Assembly (NCBI GenBank): GCA_028278245.1
Contig: JANQEQ010000091.1
Span: forward strand, 12,600-76,599
Direction: 5' to 3'
DNA length: 64,000 bases
From: Phycisphaerales bacterium
Lineage (GTDB): Bacteria; Planctomycetota; Phycisphaerae; Phycisphaerales; SM1A02
This document shows, in pieces, positions 18,742 to 28,496 of the stretch (position 1 is its first letter; every line of letters starts with the position of its first letter). The notes beneath the pieces are model-generated. The model did no database searches. It was given only the letters and a program-made list of their open reading frames with translations, and was not told the origin of the DNA. The position numbers and the translations under genes are program-made.

Positions 18742-20187
18742 CTACCGATCTTCGATCCCATCTGCTGCATCCTTCGCCCGATAGGCGACCAGTTTGTTTC
18801 CCAGAAAAGTCGGGATGATCAACAGCCTCTGCTCGGGCACATATTCAAAATCAGCAGTATTCAAACCCACTTCCTGAAGATCCAGCACCCGGGTGATAGT
18901 GCCATCCGGCTCCACCAGATACACCTGCCCTTCCCAGTGAGACACGAACAGACGGCCATTGCCGAATGATTTGATACCGTCGATCACGCCCATACCCAGG
19001 CTCGTCAGTGTGGTTACCTTGCCGGTGTCGATGGCAACCTGCTTGATCAATCCCTCGCCGACACTTCCAACGACGAGCGTATCATCCAGTGCGAGCAGAC
19101 CGTTGCCGCGATGCGCTGTTTGCCCGGTAACCAGTGTTTCAATCTGCCCTTTCTCCAGGCGATAAATGTCAGCCGCCTCGGGATCGCGCGAGGTATCGGT
19201 GATATACACCCTGCCTTGATCGTCCGCTGCCACGTCGTTGAGGAAACTCGTATCGGGGATCTTGTGGCGGGTCATGATGGTGCCACTCACCACATCGATC
19301 TCCGCTACGGTTCCGCTGCACTCGGCGACGAAGAGATGATCATCGACCAGGGCCATGCCGCACGGCCCATCGAGATCCTCAATCCATTTCAGCTCCAGAA
19401 CCCTCCCATCAAGCCCAACCCGCGAGATAAATCCCTGGTTGGCACTCTGACGACCGAGGTGATTGAAACTGCTGACGTACAGCACCTGCCGCTGCTCGTC
19501 ATAAAGCACTGACTCAGGCACGGCAAATACATCATCCGATTCCCATACTTTTTCCAGAAAGCCAGTGGTTTTCTTAACTTGCGATAGAGGAGCGCTGGAC
19601 AGGCAGCGGAAGGTCCAGTCCTTTTCGTTTTCCTTAACCCACAGGAAGAGTTCATTCAAACCGGGTCGAAGTTGACAGTCGATGGTACTCGCTGTACCGG
19701 ACCAGATGTTCTGACCGTTGAGGAAGAAGTAGCTTTGACCGGTGGTATCAAACTGCAACGTTATTTTGACTTCTGTATCACTCACGACAGCGCGGCGAAG
19801 CATCACGACGCGCTTGGTTTCTTCTGCTGAATCTTCAGGTCTGGCCGGTAGTGTGATTCTGCCTTGCTCATCAGGTTTCGTATCCTGCCACTGGCCGTGA
19901 AAGATCATGTAGAAGTGGGGGTATTGCGTTGTGTTGACACGCTGGGCATCAAACGTGCGCGAAATCTGCCAGCCATCAACGATGATCTTCTCCACAGATC
20001 CAACTGCTGGAGATATTGTTGCTATTACCAACACCACGAGCATCATGAATTTCCATAACCACGTATGACATCGATTCCAAAGCATAATGGTGGCACAGCC
20101 GTCTCGGCTATGTAATAGAAATGACAGGCGAGACGCCTGTCCCACCGTGGGATTTGTTGTATGGGTGTTTATACGTGTAATCTCCAT
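18742..20187 (-). CDS. Beta-propeller (NHL/SMP-30-like) repeat protein, probably membrane-anchored or secreted
   Basis: N-terminal hydrophobic helix. The C-terminal half has repeated hydrophobic-G-hydrophobic beta-strand units as in a 6-bladed propeller. Confidence 0.5.
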   Translation of the reverse strand: MEITRINTHTTNPTVGQASRLSFLLHSRDGCATIMLWNRCHTWLWKFMMLVVLVIATISPAVGSVEKIIVDGWQISRTFDAQRVNTTQYPHFYMIFHGQWQDTKPDEQGRITLPARPEDSAEETKRVVMLRRAVVSDTEVKITLQFDTTGQSYFFLNGQNIWSGTASTIDCQLRPGLNELFLWVKENEKDWTFRCLSSAPLSQVKKTTGFLEKVWESDDVFAVPESVLYDEQRQVLYVSSFNHLGRQSANQGFISRVGLDGRVLELKWIEDLDGPCGMALVDDHLFVAECSGTVAEIDVVSGTIMTRHKIPDTSFLNDVAADDQGRVYITDTSRDPEAADIYRLEKGQIETLVTGQTAHRGNGLLALDDTLVVGSVGEGLIKQVAIDTGKVTTLTSLGMGVIDGIKSFGNGRLFVSHWEGQVYLVEPDGTITRVLDLQEVGLNTADFEYVPEQRLLIIPTFLGNKLVAYRAKDAADGIEDR

Positions 20188-20391
20188 CAGCTTACACCTT
20201 CTTGAATCTCTTCACGAGCTACGATCGCTATGGGGCAATAGAGAAAGTGTTCCTCTGTACCAGACCGCTCCCTCACGGTCGCGGCTCGTTGAAGATCACT
20301 GTTACACAGGCATCTCAGGATTATTCAATTTTTACTGGAGGGGGATCGTGCAGGTTGCGGTGGTAGTTTGCCTAACTCTGATGTTGTGCAT

Positions 20392-21495
20392 TCAGAACCA
20401 TGCGGAGAATGCGTAGGCAAAAGCACTGATGATACGTAAACCAATAAAATAGAGCGTGTAGAGGCTGCCCAACACGAAGAAAAACGCACATGTATACCGC
20501 CATTTCAAACGGCACCAATCAGCACTTCGATATTCAAGAAGTGGATTCTTTGTCACCCGCTCCCAACCGACTTCACTCTGCTCCTGGACAATTGATGGGC
20601 ATCTGAGTTTGAAAATTGTTGATGCGATCGCTAATGCGATAATAGCAGCAAGTTGGAATCCAAGACTTACTGGAATGGGTAGTGGAGGTAGCTTTGTGAG
20701 CCATTCAATCCACGATGGACCACCATCAGCCATTGTCTGCTCTGCCCATTGTGCAAGACCAAAAAGACCATCATTGTACCAGTGTACGAACGTGATGTAG
20801 AGCGTAAGTAAGATAACCGTAAGGTAGGACACACCAAAGAGTCGCAATTGGCCGATGGTACGAAGGAGGCTCCATTTGATGTAGTCAAGATGTTGGTGAA
20901 AGATCGTATTTTCCACGTTTACGATTTGGTCCTGGTTGATTGCTGTTGCATCGCCAAAGAGACCGTGTGTCCCCCTTAAGCAAGTCGAATACACATCCGC
21001 CGCCTGGAGATTCGCCCGGCTGAGTTTAGCTCCACAGAGGTCCGTCAATATGAGACTAGCGCAGCTGAGGTTCGCCCCAGTGAGGTTCGCTCCACGGAGG
21101 ACTGCCTCTCTGAGATTCGCATTGCTGAAATCCGCACCGACAAGGCTCGCTTCACTGAGATTTGCCCCACTGAAATCTGCCTCTACGAGGTCCGCATTGA
21201 AGAGCTTTGCTCCGATGAGTTTAGCTCCCCGGAAGTCCACCCCGCTGAGATTCGGCTTGTGCTGTGGCACTTTGAAGTCAATGATCACCAAGGGTTCGCC
21301 GGGTCTGCGCTTCGACCCGCAGAAATCGGCCAAACTAAGATCTGGATCCCACGTCGGATGTTTGTTTCGTAGAGTGTTCCATGCCTCAACCTTGCCAGCA
21401 CGAAGCATTTCAATTGCTTCTTCATTAGTAATTGGAGCGTCGTTTGATTCATCAGCCATGACAATTCCTACTGAAAGGCGAGTGACGGATTTCAA
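20392..21495 (-). CDS. Pentapeptide-repeat protein with C-terminal multi-pass transmembrane domain
   Basis: A(D/N)LxxA(D/N)L pentapeptide tandems at residues ~70-170 and four or more hydrophobic helices in the last ~170 aa. The N-terminal ~45 aa are homologous to the adjacent TIR gene. Confidence 0.7.
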   Translation of the reverse strand: MKSVTRLSVGIVMADESNDAPITNEEAIEMLRAGKVEAWNTLRNKHPTWDPDLSLADFCGSKRRPGEPLVIIDFKVPQHKPNLSGVDFRGAKLIGAKLFNADLVEADFSGANLSEASLVGADFSNANLREAVLRGANLTGANLSCASLILTDLCGAKLSRANLQAADVYSTCLRGTHGLFGDATAINQDQIVNVENTIFHQHLDYIKWSLLRTIGQLRLFGVSYLTVILLTLYITFVHWYNDGLFGLAQWAEQTMADGGPSWIEWLTKLPPLPIPVSLGFQLAAIIALAIASTIFKLRCPSIVQEQSEVGWERVTKNPLLEYRSADWCRLKWRYTCAFFFVLGSLYTLYFIGLRIISAFAYAFSAWF

Positions 21496-21497
21496 TC

Positions 21498-22634
21498 TTA
21501 GGATCGATCGTCTGTAGCTGCGGGTTCATCCTTCTTCAGATCTGTGATCAGCCAATCAACCGCTTCATTGAATTTTGCCTCATCCTGCCACTCAGTAAAA
21601 TCAGGGATGTTGTACTTACGTACTTCACGGCTAAGATTACGACCGGTATCTGGATCACTACACTTCCACATTTCGAGATCTTCATAGGGCATAAGGGAGA
21701 TTGGGAATAATGTTCGTTTACCGGTTTCATTCTGTTTCTTGACGGCTTCGGCGAGTTCGGTTTCTACCCATGAACTTTTGATGCTGTGTTCAGACAGAAC
21801 AATAAGGAGGCGATCATTCGTTCGGACTGCTAGATGTAACTCTTCAGAGGTATATCGCCCCCCACGAAGACGCTTCATTTTGGTTTGCTTCCGTGAGTAC
21901 CACACCGGCACCTTGGCATCCTCGAGTCGGGCATGGAGCTTGTCGCAGAATTCAGCATCCTGACTGCTGTGACTTAGGAAGCAGGAGTAAAACTCAAACG
22001 GTTGCATACTCGCGATGAGACTGGGTATGTAGGTAATCCAATTGTCCGGTACACCGCAACCACGAAGGAACTCCTCAGGAATCTTGCCTTTTGATTTGAT
22101 AATTGTGTCAATACCGATGGTGCTTGGATATTCGTTCCTCACCTTTTCAAGATTACGGGCTGTAGACAGATCAGTGTTGGCAAGTGTGGCCCATCCTAAA
22201 TATGCGCTCTCGAAATCTGCATTACTGACTTCAGTCCTGACAAGTTTTATTCCTGTTAAAATCGCGCTGCAAAGTCGAGATCTATTGAGATTTGCATCGA
22301 CAAGATAAGCAATCGACAAATCTGCAAAGTTCAGGTAAGCGTCACTTATATTTGCCAATGCAAGATCTGCATTGCAAAGATTTGCGAAAATGAGGTTTGC
22401 CCGTTTTAAATTTACTTTCCTTAGGAATGATCCTCCTAAATTTGCCCCACTGAGTTCGATTCCTTGTAGGTCAGTAGGATTTTCAAAAGTTGAGAGAGTG
22501 GGCTTATCCCAACATGGATGGGCTTCTCTGTACTTGTTCCATTCCTCGACACTCCGCTTGAGCATTGCGACAGCTTCATCTCTTGACAGAGCCCCATCTT
22601 CTGAATTGTTCGACATATCACCGCCCTCATACAA
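21498..22634 (-). CDS. Pentapeptide-repeat protein with C-terminal TIR domain
   Basis: Pentapeptide repeats as in the neighbour. The C-terminus has TIR motifs FYSCFLSHSSQDAEF (box 1), RYTSEELHLA (putative catalytic Glu region) and SSWVETELAEAV (alpha-C WxxxE). Confidence 0.7.
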   Translation of the reverse strand: MYEGGDMSNNSEDGALSRDEAVAMLKRSVEEWNKYREAHPCWDKPTLSTFENPTDLQGIELSGANLGGSFLRKVNLKRANLIFANLCNADLALANISDAYLNFADLSIAYLVDANLNRSRLCSAILTGIKLVRTEVSNADFESAYLGWATLANTDLSTARNLEKVRNEYPSTIGIDTIIKSKGKIPEEFLRGCGVPDNWITYIPSLIASMQPFEFYSCFLSHSSQDAEFCDKLHARLEDAKVPVWYSRKQTKMKRLRGGRYTSEELHLAVRTNDRLLIVLSEHSIKSSWVETELAEAVKKQNETGKRTLFPISLMPYEDLEMWKCSDPDTGRNLSREVRKYNIPDFTEWQDEAKFNEAVDWLITDLKKDEPAATDDRS

Positions 22635-22723
22635 TTTTGTACCCCCAAGATAGCATCAGTGGGGCAATTACATCAACACCGAGGTGATGTGAATCTCTAC
22701 CGATCCTGGAATCTCCTAACTGA

Positions 22724-23431
22724 TCAGTGCTGGGGCGTTCGTTCATCGTTGTACCACAGGTCGAGACCCTCGCGGCTGCTGAGGCCGTGACGCGCCTTGA
22801 GGGAATAATGAACGAGGAGTTTGATACCCTGCCAGGCGGTGAGGTGGCCGATCTTGCGGCCGGAGGAGGTGGCGGTTTCCTTGAGAACGACGAATTTGCC
22901 CTGGCGTTTGAGAGCCTGGCTCATCCATACTTCCTCAGAGGCAAAATACTTCTCATCAAACCCCCCCACAGATATAAATGCGTTTCGTGTGGCGAAAACG
23001 TAACAGCCCGCAGCCAGGCGAAACATCCGGTAGATGCGAATAAACAACCAGGTCAGGAACCGCGCTCCAGCGTAGCGAATTCCTTCGATGTGGACGCGAC
23101 ATCCGCCACCAACTGCACCGTTATTGACCGCCAGTACGGTGGCATTGATTAACTCGGGAGTGACTACCGTATCAGCATCAACGAAAATGAAGAGGTCACC
23201 CCGGGCGATCTTTGCCCCGGCATTGCGTACTGCTGCTATCTGGCGTAACTCGACTTCGGTAACCTTAGCACCTGCATCGCGCGCGATTTCCACAGTGCGA
23301 TCCGTGCAGGTGTCGGCTGCCACGATGATCTCATATTCATCATCCACAGGTTCACCTGCGGCAACGATGCTGGCCAGTGTTCGGCCGATCAACTCTTCCT
23401 CGTTGTGGGCGGGGATGATGAACGAGATCAT
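22724..23431 (-). CDS. Glycosyltransferase family 2
   Basis: MISFIIPAHNEE...VDADT DXD-type GT2 signature, 235 aa. Confidence 0.8.
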   Translation of the reverse strand: MISFIIPAHNEEELIGRTLASIVAAGEPVDDEYEIIVAADTCTDRTVEIARDAGAKVTEVELRQIAAVRNAGAKIARGDLFIFVDADTVVTPELINATVLAVNNGAVGGGCRVHIEGIRYAGARFLTWLFIRIYRMFRLAAGCYVFATRNAFISVGGFDEKYFASEEVWMSQALKRQGKFVVLKETATSSGRKIGHLTAWQGIKLLVHYSLKARHGLSSREGLDLWYNDERTPQH

Positions 23432-23543
23432 GGCCCCAGCTTAGGAATTTCGTGGTGACCTGTCAGCAGTATCAGGGGGACGAAGATGTCGTTTGAGGGG
23501 TTGTGTGAGCAGGGATAAATTGCTAGCATTCTGGATTCGACGT

Positions 23544-23615
23544 GCGGGTGTAGCTCAGTGGTAGAGCGTCACGTTGCCAACGTGAATGTCGAGGGTTCGA
23601 ATCCCTTCACCCGCT
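23544..23615 (+). tRNA. tRNA-Gly (anticodon GCC)
   Basis: Cloverleaf folded by hand: acceptor gcgggtg/cacccgc, anticodon loop ttGCCaa, T-loop ttcgaat and discriminator U. Confidence 0.9.
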
Positions 23616-23621
23616 TTTATA

Positions 23622-23652
23622 TGACCGTCAGCCGTCCACTGACGGTCTTTCT
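23622..23652 (+). terminator. Terminator hairpin downstream of tRNA-Gly (gaccgtcag...ctgacggtc followed by a T-run)
   Basis: 9-bp perfect stem followed by tttctc. Confidence 0.55.
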
Positions 23653-23716
23653 CATTTCCATCCATCCTTTGTCGATCCCCCCTGGATAATCACTATAAAT
23701 TTTGACTTGACTGGCG

Positions 23717-24787
23717 ATGGCAAAGTTGAAATCACAGAACAAGAAGAAGCATCCGATAATGCACGGCCGCAGGTGCAATGCTTTGATTGAAAATCTGGGG
23801 GAGTGGTTTGATCAGCAGGGGCGTGACCTTCCCTGGCGGAGGAAGCGGACGCCTTACACAGCTCTGGTCGCCGAGGCAATGCTGCAGCAGACACAGGTGC
23901 AACGTGTGCTGGAGTATTACAATCGATTCATTCGCAGATTTCCCTCACTCAAGGCGCTGGCAGATGCGAACGAACAGGAAGTCCTCGCAGCATGGCAGGG
24001 ATTGGGGTATTACCGAAGAGCACGCAATCTTCATGCAGCGGCAAAGCAGATCAGGAAATGTCACGGTGGAAGAGTGCCCCGTCGAGTTGATCAATTGATA
24101 AAACTGCCGGGGGTTGGGCGTTATACGGCCGGTGCGCTGACTTCGATTGTATTCAATCTGGCAGAGCCAGTGGTCGATGGCAATGTCAAACGTGTTCTGA
24201 CGCGGTGGCAATGCACTTCACACAGAGAGGCTAAGAAAGTTCGGGAAGCGGACATCTGGCAGTGGGCAAAGGAGCTGGTTGAACAGGCACCTCAGCCTGG
24301 CAAGTTAAATGAAGCGATGATGGAATTGGGCGCTACGATCTGCAAGCCGAGGTCACCGGCATGTGATCGTTGTCCGGTATCAGCTTGGTGCAATGCGTTC
24401 CAGACAGGGAAGCCACAACAGATCAATTTTGCCAATAAGCGGATTTCGCAGAAAAGTGTGCATCACCATTCAGTGATATTCACCCGCAGCGGCCAGGTGT
24501 TGCTGGAACAGAGGTCAAGCGATGGATTGTGGGCAAATATGTGGCAGGTGCCGACGATTGAATCGAGTTGCGAACTGGAGCCGGCCAGGTTTGTGGCGGA
24601 AATTCCCTGTTGTATGGGTACTCCGAATAAATGTGGATCATTTGTCCACCAGACGACCCATCGGAAGATCACATTTCACGTGTATCACGGCAAGACCAGG
24701 CAGCGTCGCGGCCAGTGGCGGGAACTGACGAAAATTGATGGCCTTCCCATCAGCAATGCAATGCGTAAAGTCCTCCAATTTGCCTGA
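23717..24787 (+). CDS. mutY: A/G-specific adenine DNA glycosylase MutY
   Basis: HhH-GPD region LPGVGRYTAGA, the [4Fe-4S] cluster loop C-x6-C-x2-C-x5-C (CKPRSPACDRCPVSAWC), and a C-terminal NUDIX-like domain. The true start is possibly at 23759. Confidence 0.85.
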   Translation: MAKLKSQNKKKHPIMHGRRCNALIENLGEWFDQQGRDLPWRRKRTPYTALVAEAMLQQTQVQRVLEYYNRFIRRFPSLKALADANEQEVLAAWQGLGYYRRARNLHAAAKQIRKCHGGRVPRRVDQLIKLPGVGRYTAGALTSIVFNLAEPVVDGNVKRVLTRWQCTSHREAKKVREADIWQWAKELVEQAPQPGKLNEAMMELGATICKPRSPACDRCPVSAWCNAFQTGKPQQINFANKRISQKSVHHHSVIFTRSGQVLLEQRSSDGLWANMWQVPTIESSCELEPARFVAEIPCCMGTPNKCGSFVHQTTHRKITFHVYHGKTRQRRGQWRELTKIDGLPISNAMRKVLQFA

Positions 24788-25165
24788 ATCTACAATAATG
24801 AGGGGGTGTCAGGGTGCAAACGGCTATTGAAGACATAAATAGCAGTATATAATCCCAAAATATTGTGCTCTTACATGTTTTGAGGCTTCGGGATTTTTTA
24901 CCTAAATCTTGCAATTCCATACGCTTCCCTTACACTGTTGGTGAAGGTTGCCATGGGGTATCGGTCGATTTCCATGCCCTGTCATCCTTTCAGCGAGCAC
25001 CTCCCGACATATCTTCACGCTCGCTGGGTGATCGTGATACGGATACTTTCTTCGATCTATTCGTATCTCATTTCTGATCAAGCCGCGCACGGTGGCAATC
25101 GAGGATTTGTACAGAGATTGTTCTGCCTTGCGCAAGTGGCACGCCAGAGTTGATGCTATGAGGAG

Positions 25166-26338
25166 TTGACATCCATGAAACAAAAATCATTCAAAGGCTT
25201 TACCATTATTGAATTGCTGGTGGTGGTTTCCATCATCGCGCTGCTGATCGGTATTTTGCTGCCGGCAATAGGCAAAGCGCGTGATCAGGCAAAGCTCACA
25301 CAATCCAAGACCAATCTTCGCAACCTCGGTACTGCGCACGCAACTTATGCCAGTGAATGGAACGATCGACAGATCACGTTTGTCGATGACAATATCTCGC
25401 GCTATGGTGCCGATCAGACCTCAGCCTATGCCGCATATGAGGAAGCATTGGGTATGGAACATCCCGGTATGGTGCTCGGATGGGGTCATGTAACTGAAGG
25501 CCACGTTTCAAACGGAAACTTGTGGGGCTACTGGATGAGACACCCCGGGAACCAGGGTATGTGTGAACCTATCGGCTTTCCGGGTTACTCACAGGCTCAT
25601 TTTGAAGGATTCGGCTCCTTCCGTATGGCCAATTGCAGGCAGTTCAGCCAGTATGTGAGTGGAAAGTTTTACGATCCGGTGTTTTATGCCCCTAAGGACA
25701 AGGCAGCCTGGACCGCAATTGAGGAATGTCTGGATAACCCTGCCGAATTTTGTGATGCAGGCGGCCCATCTGATTGCTACTGGACCAGTTACTGTCTCTC
25801 GCCGGCGGCCATGTTCAGCCCTGATGTCATGCGCAACGAACGCGATGGCGGGTGGCAGAGTCCTTATGCAATCAATGGCGGATTCCGATCACCTTCCATG
25901 AGTCAGGCACAGTACCCACAACTCAAAACCCACATGATCGAGCACCACTGGCTTCAAGGCGCGCGCGCTGAATGCAATCCAGCTTGGGTCGAAGGAACCT
26001 TCAACGGCTGCGAGCCTTACTACTTCAACGCCAGCCGAGATTCCACGCCCATGTCGCTGTTCTACGATGGCCACATCGAACCAATAGGTGTTCAGGAAGC
26101 TATGAAATCCAGCGCTCGAAACTATGCTCAAACACATGAACAGGGTTTTGGTTTCCACTTGTGGCACAGGTTTACCCCCTTCCAAGGTACGGATCCGGAG
26201 CAAGCCGGCAGCGGTTGGCCAGAAGGCGGTTATTTCATGGACATGATCTACGATGGCGGCAGTTCATACGATGCCATCACCAGTTTCCACATCCTGACTA
26301 CAGACGGCATCCTTGGTCGAGATAAAACAGGCGGTTAA
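25166..26338 (+). CDS. DUF1559 protein with prepilin-type N-terminal cleavage/methylation domain (Planctomycete-type)
   Basis: KGFTIIELLVVVSIIALLIGILLPAIGKAR N-terminus, 390 aa. Confidence 0.85.
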   Translation: MTSMKQKSFKGFTIIELLVVVSIIALLIGILLPAIGKARDQAKLTQSKTNLRNLGTAHATYASEWNDRQITFVDDNISRYGADQTSAYAAYEEALGMEHPGMVLGWGHVTEGHVSNGNLWGYWMRHPGNQGMCEPIGFPGYSQAHFEGFGSFRMANCRQFSQYVSGKFYDPVFYAPKDKAAWTAIEECLDNPAEFCDAGGPSDCYWTSYCLSPAAMFSPDVMRNERDGGWQSPYAINGGFRSPSMSQAQYPQLKTHMIEHHWLQGARAECNPAWVEGTFNGCEPYYFNASRDSTPMSLFYDGHIEPIGVQEAMKSSARNYAQTHEQGFGFHLWHRFTPFQGTDPEQAGSGWPEGGYFMDMIYDGGSSYDAITSFHILTTDGILGRDKTGG

Positions 26339-26351
26339 TCCCCCCCACAAT

Positions 26352-26372
26352 CTGTGAGTCGTTGACTCGCAG
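26352..26372. repeat. REP-like palindromic element copy
   Basis: ctgtgagtc-gtt-gactcgcag directly after a C7 tract. Confidence 0.6.
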
Positions 26373-26452
26373 CTACCTCCCATCGCAACACAAAACACAC
26401 AAGGCTGCGTCACTGCACGCAGCCTTGTTTCATTGTTCATCCAGTGTGGTGT

Positions 26453-27886
26453 CTATGCGGATTCCTTCGCCTTGCGTTGGGGAAGCTCAGCAAGTGCGGT
26501 TTTATTCTCCACAGCTTCTGCATCAACAAGGTATGTCACACCCGAATTTTCCATATCAGGCAGGTCATACATCATGTCGAGCATGAACTCATCCAGCACT
26601 GCCCGAAGTGCGCGGGCACCGGTCTTGCGTTCCATCGCCTGGGTTGCCAGGAGATTAAGTGCTTCATCGGTGAATTCAAGCGTTGCATTCTCCAATGTGA
26701 AGAAATGCTGGTATTGCTTGATGATTGCATTCTTCGGTTGTGTCAGAATCTGAACCATCGCGTCAAGGGTCAAAGGCATCAGCGGCGTGATAACAGGTAA
26801 GCGTCCCACCAGTTCAGGAATCAAACCGAATTGCAGGATATCTTCCGGCGTGACCTGGGAAAGGAATTTGGCAATGTCCTTTCCATCGTCAGTCTCCGCC
26901 GCATCTGTGCTGAAGCCGATGCGTTGTTTGCCCAGCCGCTTGCGGATAATTTCATCGAGACCGACGAACGAGCCGCCGCAAATAAACAGGATCTGGCTGG
27001 TATCCATCTGGATGTATTGCTGCTCCGGATGTTTGCGTCCACCCTGGGGTGGGACGTTGGCAATCGCACCTTCAAGCATTTTCAGTAAAGATTGCTGCAC
27101 ACCTTCGCCGGAGACATCTCGAGTGATGGAAACGTTTTGAGTGGTTTTACCGATCTTGTCAATTTCATCAATGTAGATGATGCCGCGTTGTGCTGTTTCC
27201 AGATCGTAATCAGCAGCCTGCAAAAGTTTGAGCAGCAGGTTTTCGACATCCTCGCCGACGTAGCCCGCTTCCGTAAGTGTGGTTGCATCGCCGATGGCAA
27301 AGGGGACGTTGAGCACACGGGCCAGCGTTTTTGCCAGCAGCGTTTTTCCCGTACCGGTCGGACCGATGAGCATGACGTTGGATTTTTCCAGCTCGACCTG
27401 CACGTCTTCATCATCAATCTGCGTCAATCGCTTGTAGTGATTGTGTACCGCAACAGAGAGTGCCTTTTTGGCCTGCCCCTGGCCGATCACGTATTGATCG
27501 AGAAATTCCTTGATCTGTCGTGGTGGGGGAATCGCAGAGAACAGTGGGCGTGCGCTTGATACGCGTCGCTGTTCCTGTCGAAAGATGTTCTGACAGAGAT
27601 CGGTGCAGTTGGAGCAGATGTAGATATCGCTGGGGCCTTCGACCATCGGTCCGACTTCGCGCGATGTCTTGCCGCAAAATGAGCAAGTTGTAATGCGGCG
27701 TCCACGGAATCCACCCCCGCCTCCATCCGAACCGCCTCCACCAGCGCCACCATCGCCGCCGCCGCCAAATTGACCACCACCTCCGGTGCTTCCTTTGCCG
27801 GAGTTTCCGCCTGATGGGCCGGTCCCTCCAGAAGCGTTGACGGGTTGGATCATCGGGGCGTCTTGCGCGTTATGGGAAGTGCTCAT
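26453..27886 (-). CDS. clpX: ATP-dependent Clp protease ATP-binding subunit ClpX, with Gly-rich N-terminal extension
   Basis: Zn-binding CSFCGK...CSNC, Walker A GPTGTGKT, and ClpX-specific motifs. A Gly/Ser-rich tract of about 60 aa precedes the Zn domain. Confidence 0.9.
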   Translation of the reverse strand: MSTSHNAQDAPMIQPVNASGGTGPSGGNSGKGSTGGGGQFGGGGDGGAGGGGSDGGGGGFRGRRITTCSFCGKTSREVGPMVEGPSDIYICSNCTDLCQNIFRQEQRRVSSARPLFSAIPPPRQIKEFLDQYVIGQGQAKKALSVAVHNHYKRLTQIDDEDVQVELEKSNVMLIGPTGTGKTLLAKTLARVLNVPFAIGDATTLTEAGYVGEDVENLLLKLLQAADYDLETAQRGIIYIDEIDKIGKTTQNVSITRDVSGEGVQQSLLKMLEGAIANVPPQGGRKHPEQQYIQMDTSQILFICGGSFVGLDEIIRKRLGKQRIGFSTDAAETDDGKDIAKFLSQVTPEDILQFGLIPELVGRLPVITPLMPLTLDAMVQILTQPKNAIIKQYQHFFTLENATLEFTDEALNLLATQAMERKTGARALRAVLDEFMLDMMYDLPDMENSGVTYLVDAEAVENKTALAELPQRKAKESA

Positions 27887-28078
27887 AGTTGCCTCAAAAA
27901 CCTGATGCGAAAATTATTTTCTCATTCAAAATACACCGGCTGGTAGTGTATCGGGTTGCTATCGAGCAGTCTAAAGATACGTCTTGAAATCCTGAGGACT
28001 ACGTGAATCATATCTGGTCTGATGGCGTCGTGAAGCCGAAACTTGTCACGATAAAACAAACTGTTCCACTTATGCGCT

Positions 28079-28417
28079 TTACGCAGAGTTCCCGGGGGTT
28101 GTTTCGGACTCTTTCTCAGATAAGTGCTCATCGGAAGTTCCGGATAACTCCTTGATCATCGCATCCCGTGCCTGCTCAAATTCTTCATCCGTGAGTTGTC
28201 CCCGCCCATGCATATCCCGCAGTTCCTGCAAAGTGAAAGGCTGTTGTCCCTTGCTTGACGATTCCGGGTCGGTCAGCTTTCGGCGGAGTAGGGTGATGAT
28301 GATTCCACCGGCAATAACGAATGCCACCAGGATCATGAGTGGAAGGAATATTTGAGAAAGATCACCTGTCGGTTGAGTCGACTGCGCTGTCAAACATAAA
28401 GCGCTCAAACTCACCAT
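28079..28417 (-). CDS. SHOCT-domain small membrane protein
   Basis: One TM helix followed by LQELRDMHGRGQLTDEEFEQARDAMI, a SHOCT-like motif. Confidence 0.5.
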   Translation of the reverse strand: MVSLSALCLTAQSTQPTGDLSQIFLPLMILVAFVIAGGIIITLLRRKLTDPESSSKGQQPFTLQELRDMHGRGQLTDEEFEQARDAMIKELSGTSDEHLSEKESETTPGNSA

Positions 28418-28496
28418 GCTCGTGGTCTCCGATTACGACTCAGTGGTGTCGTTCTCCTCATGCACTGCTCACACCCTCGGAATGAACCTCCCCGAA

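Noticed and set aside
20936-21517. 193-aa plus-strand ORF with repetitive LRFAP-like sequence
   Set aside because: It is the antisense reading of the pentapeptide-repeat gene. The repeat periodicity mirrors the minus-strand repeats, so it is an artefact.
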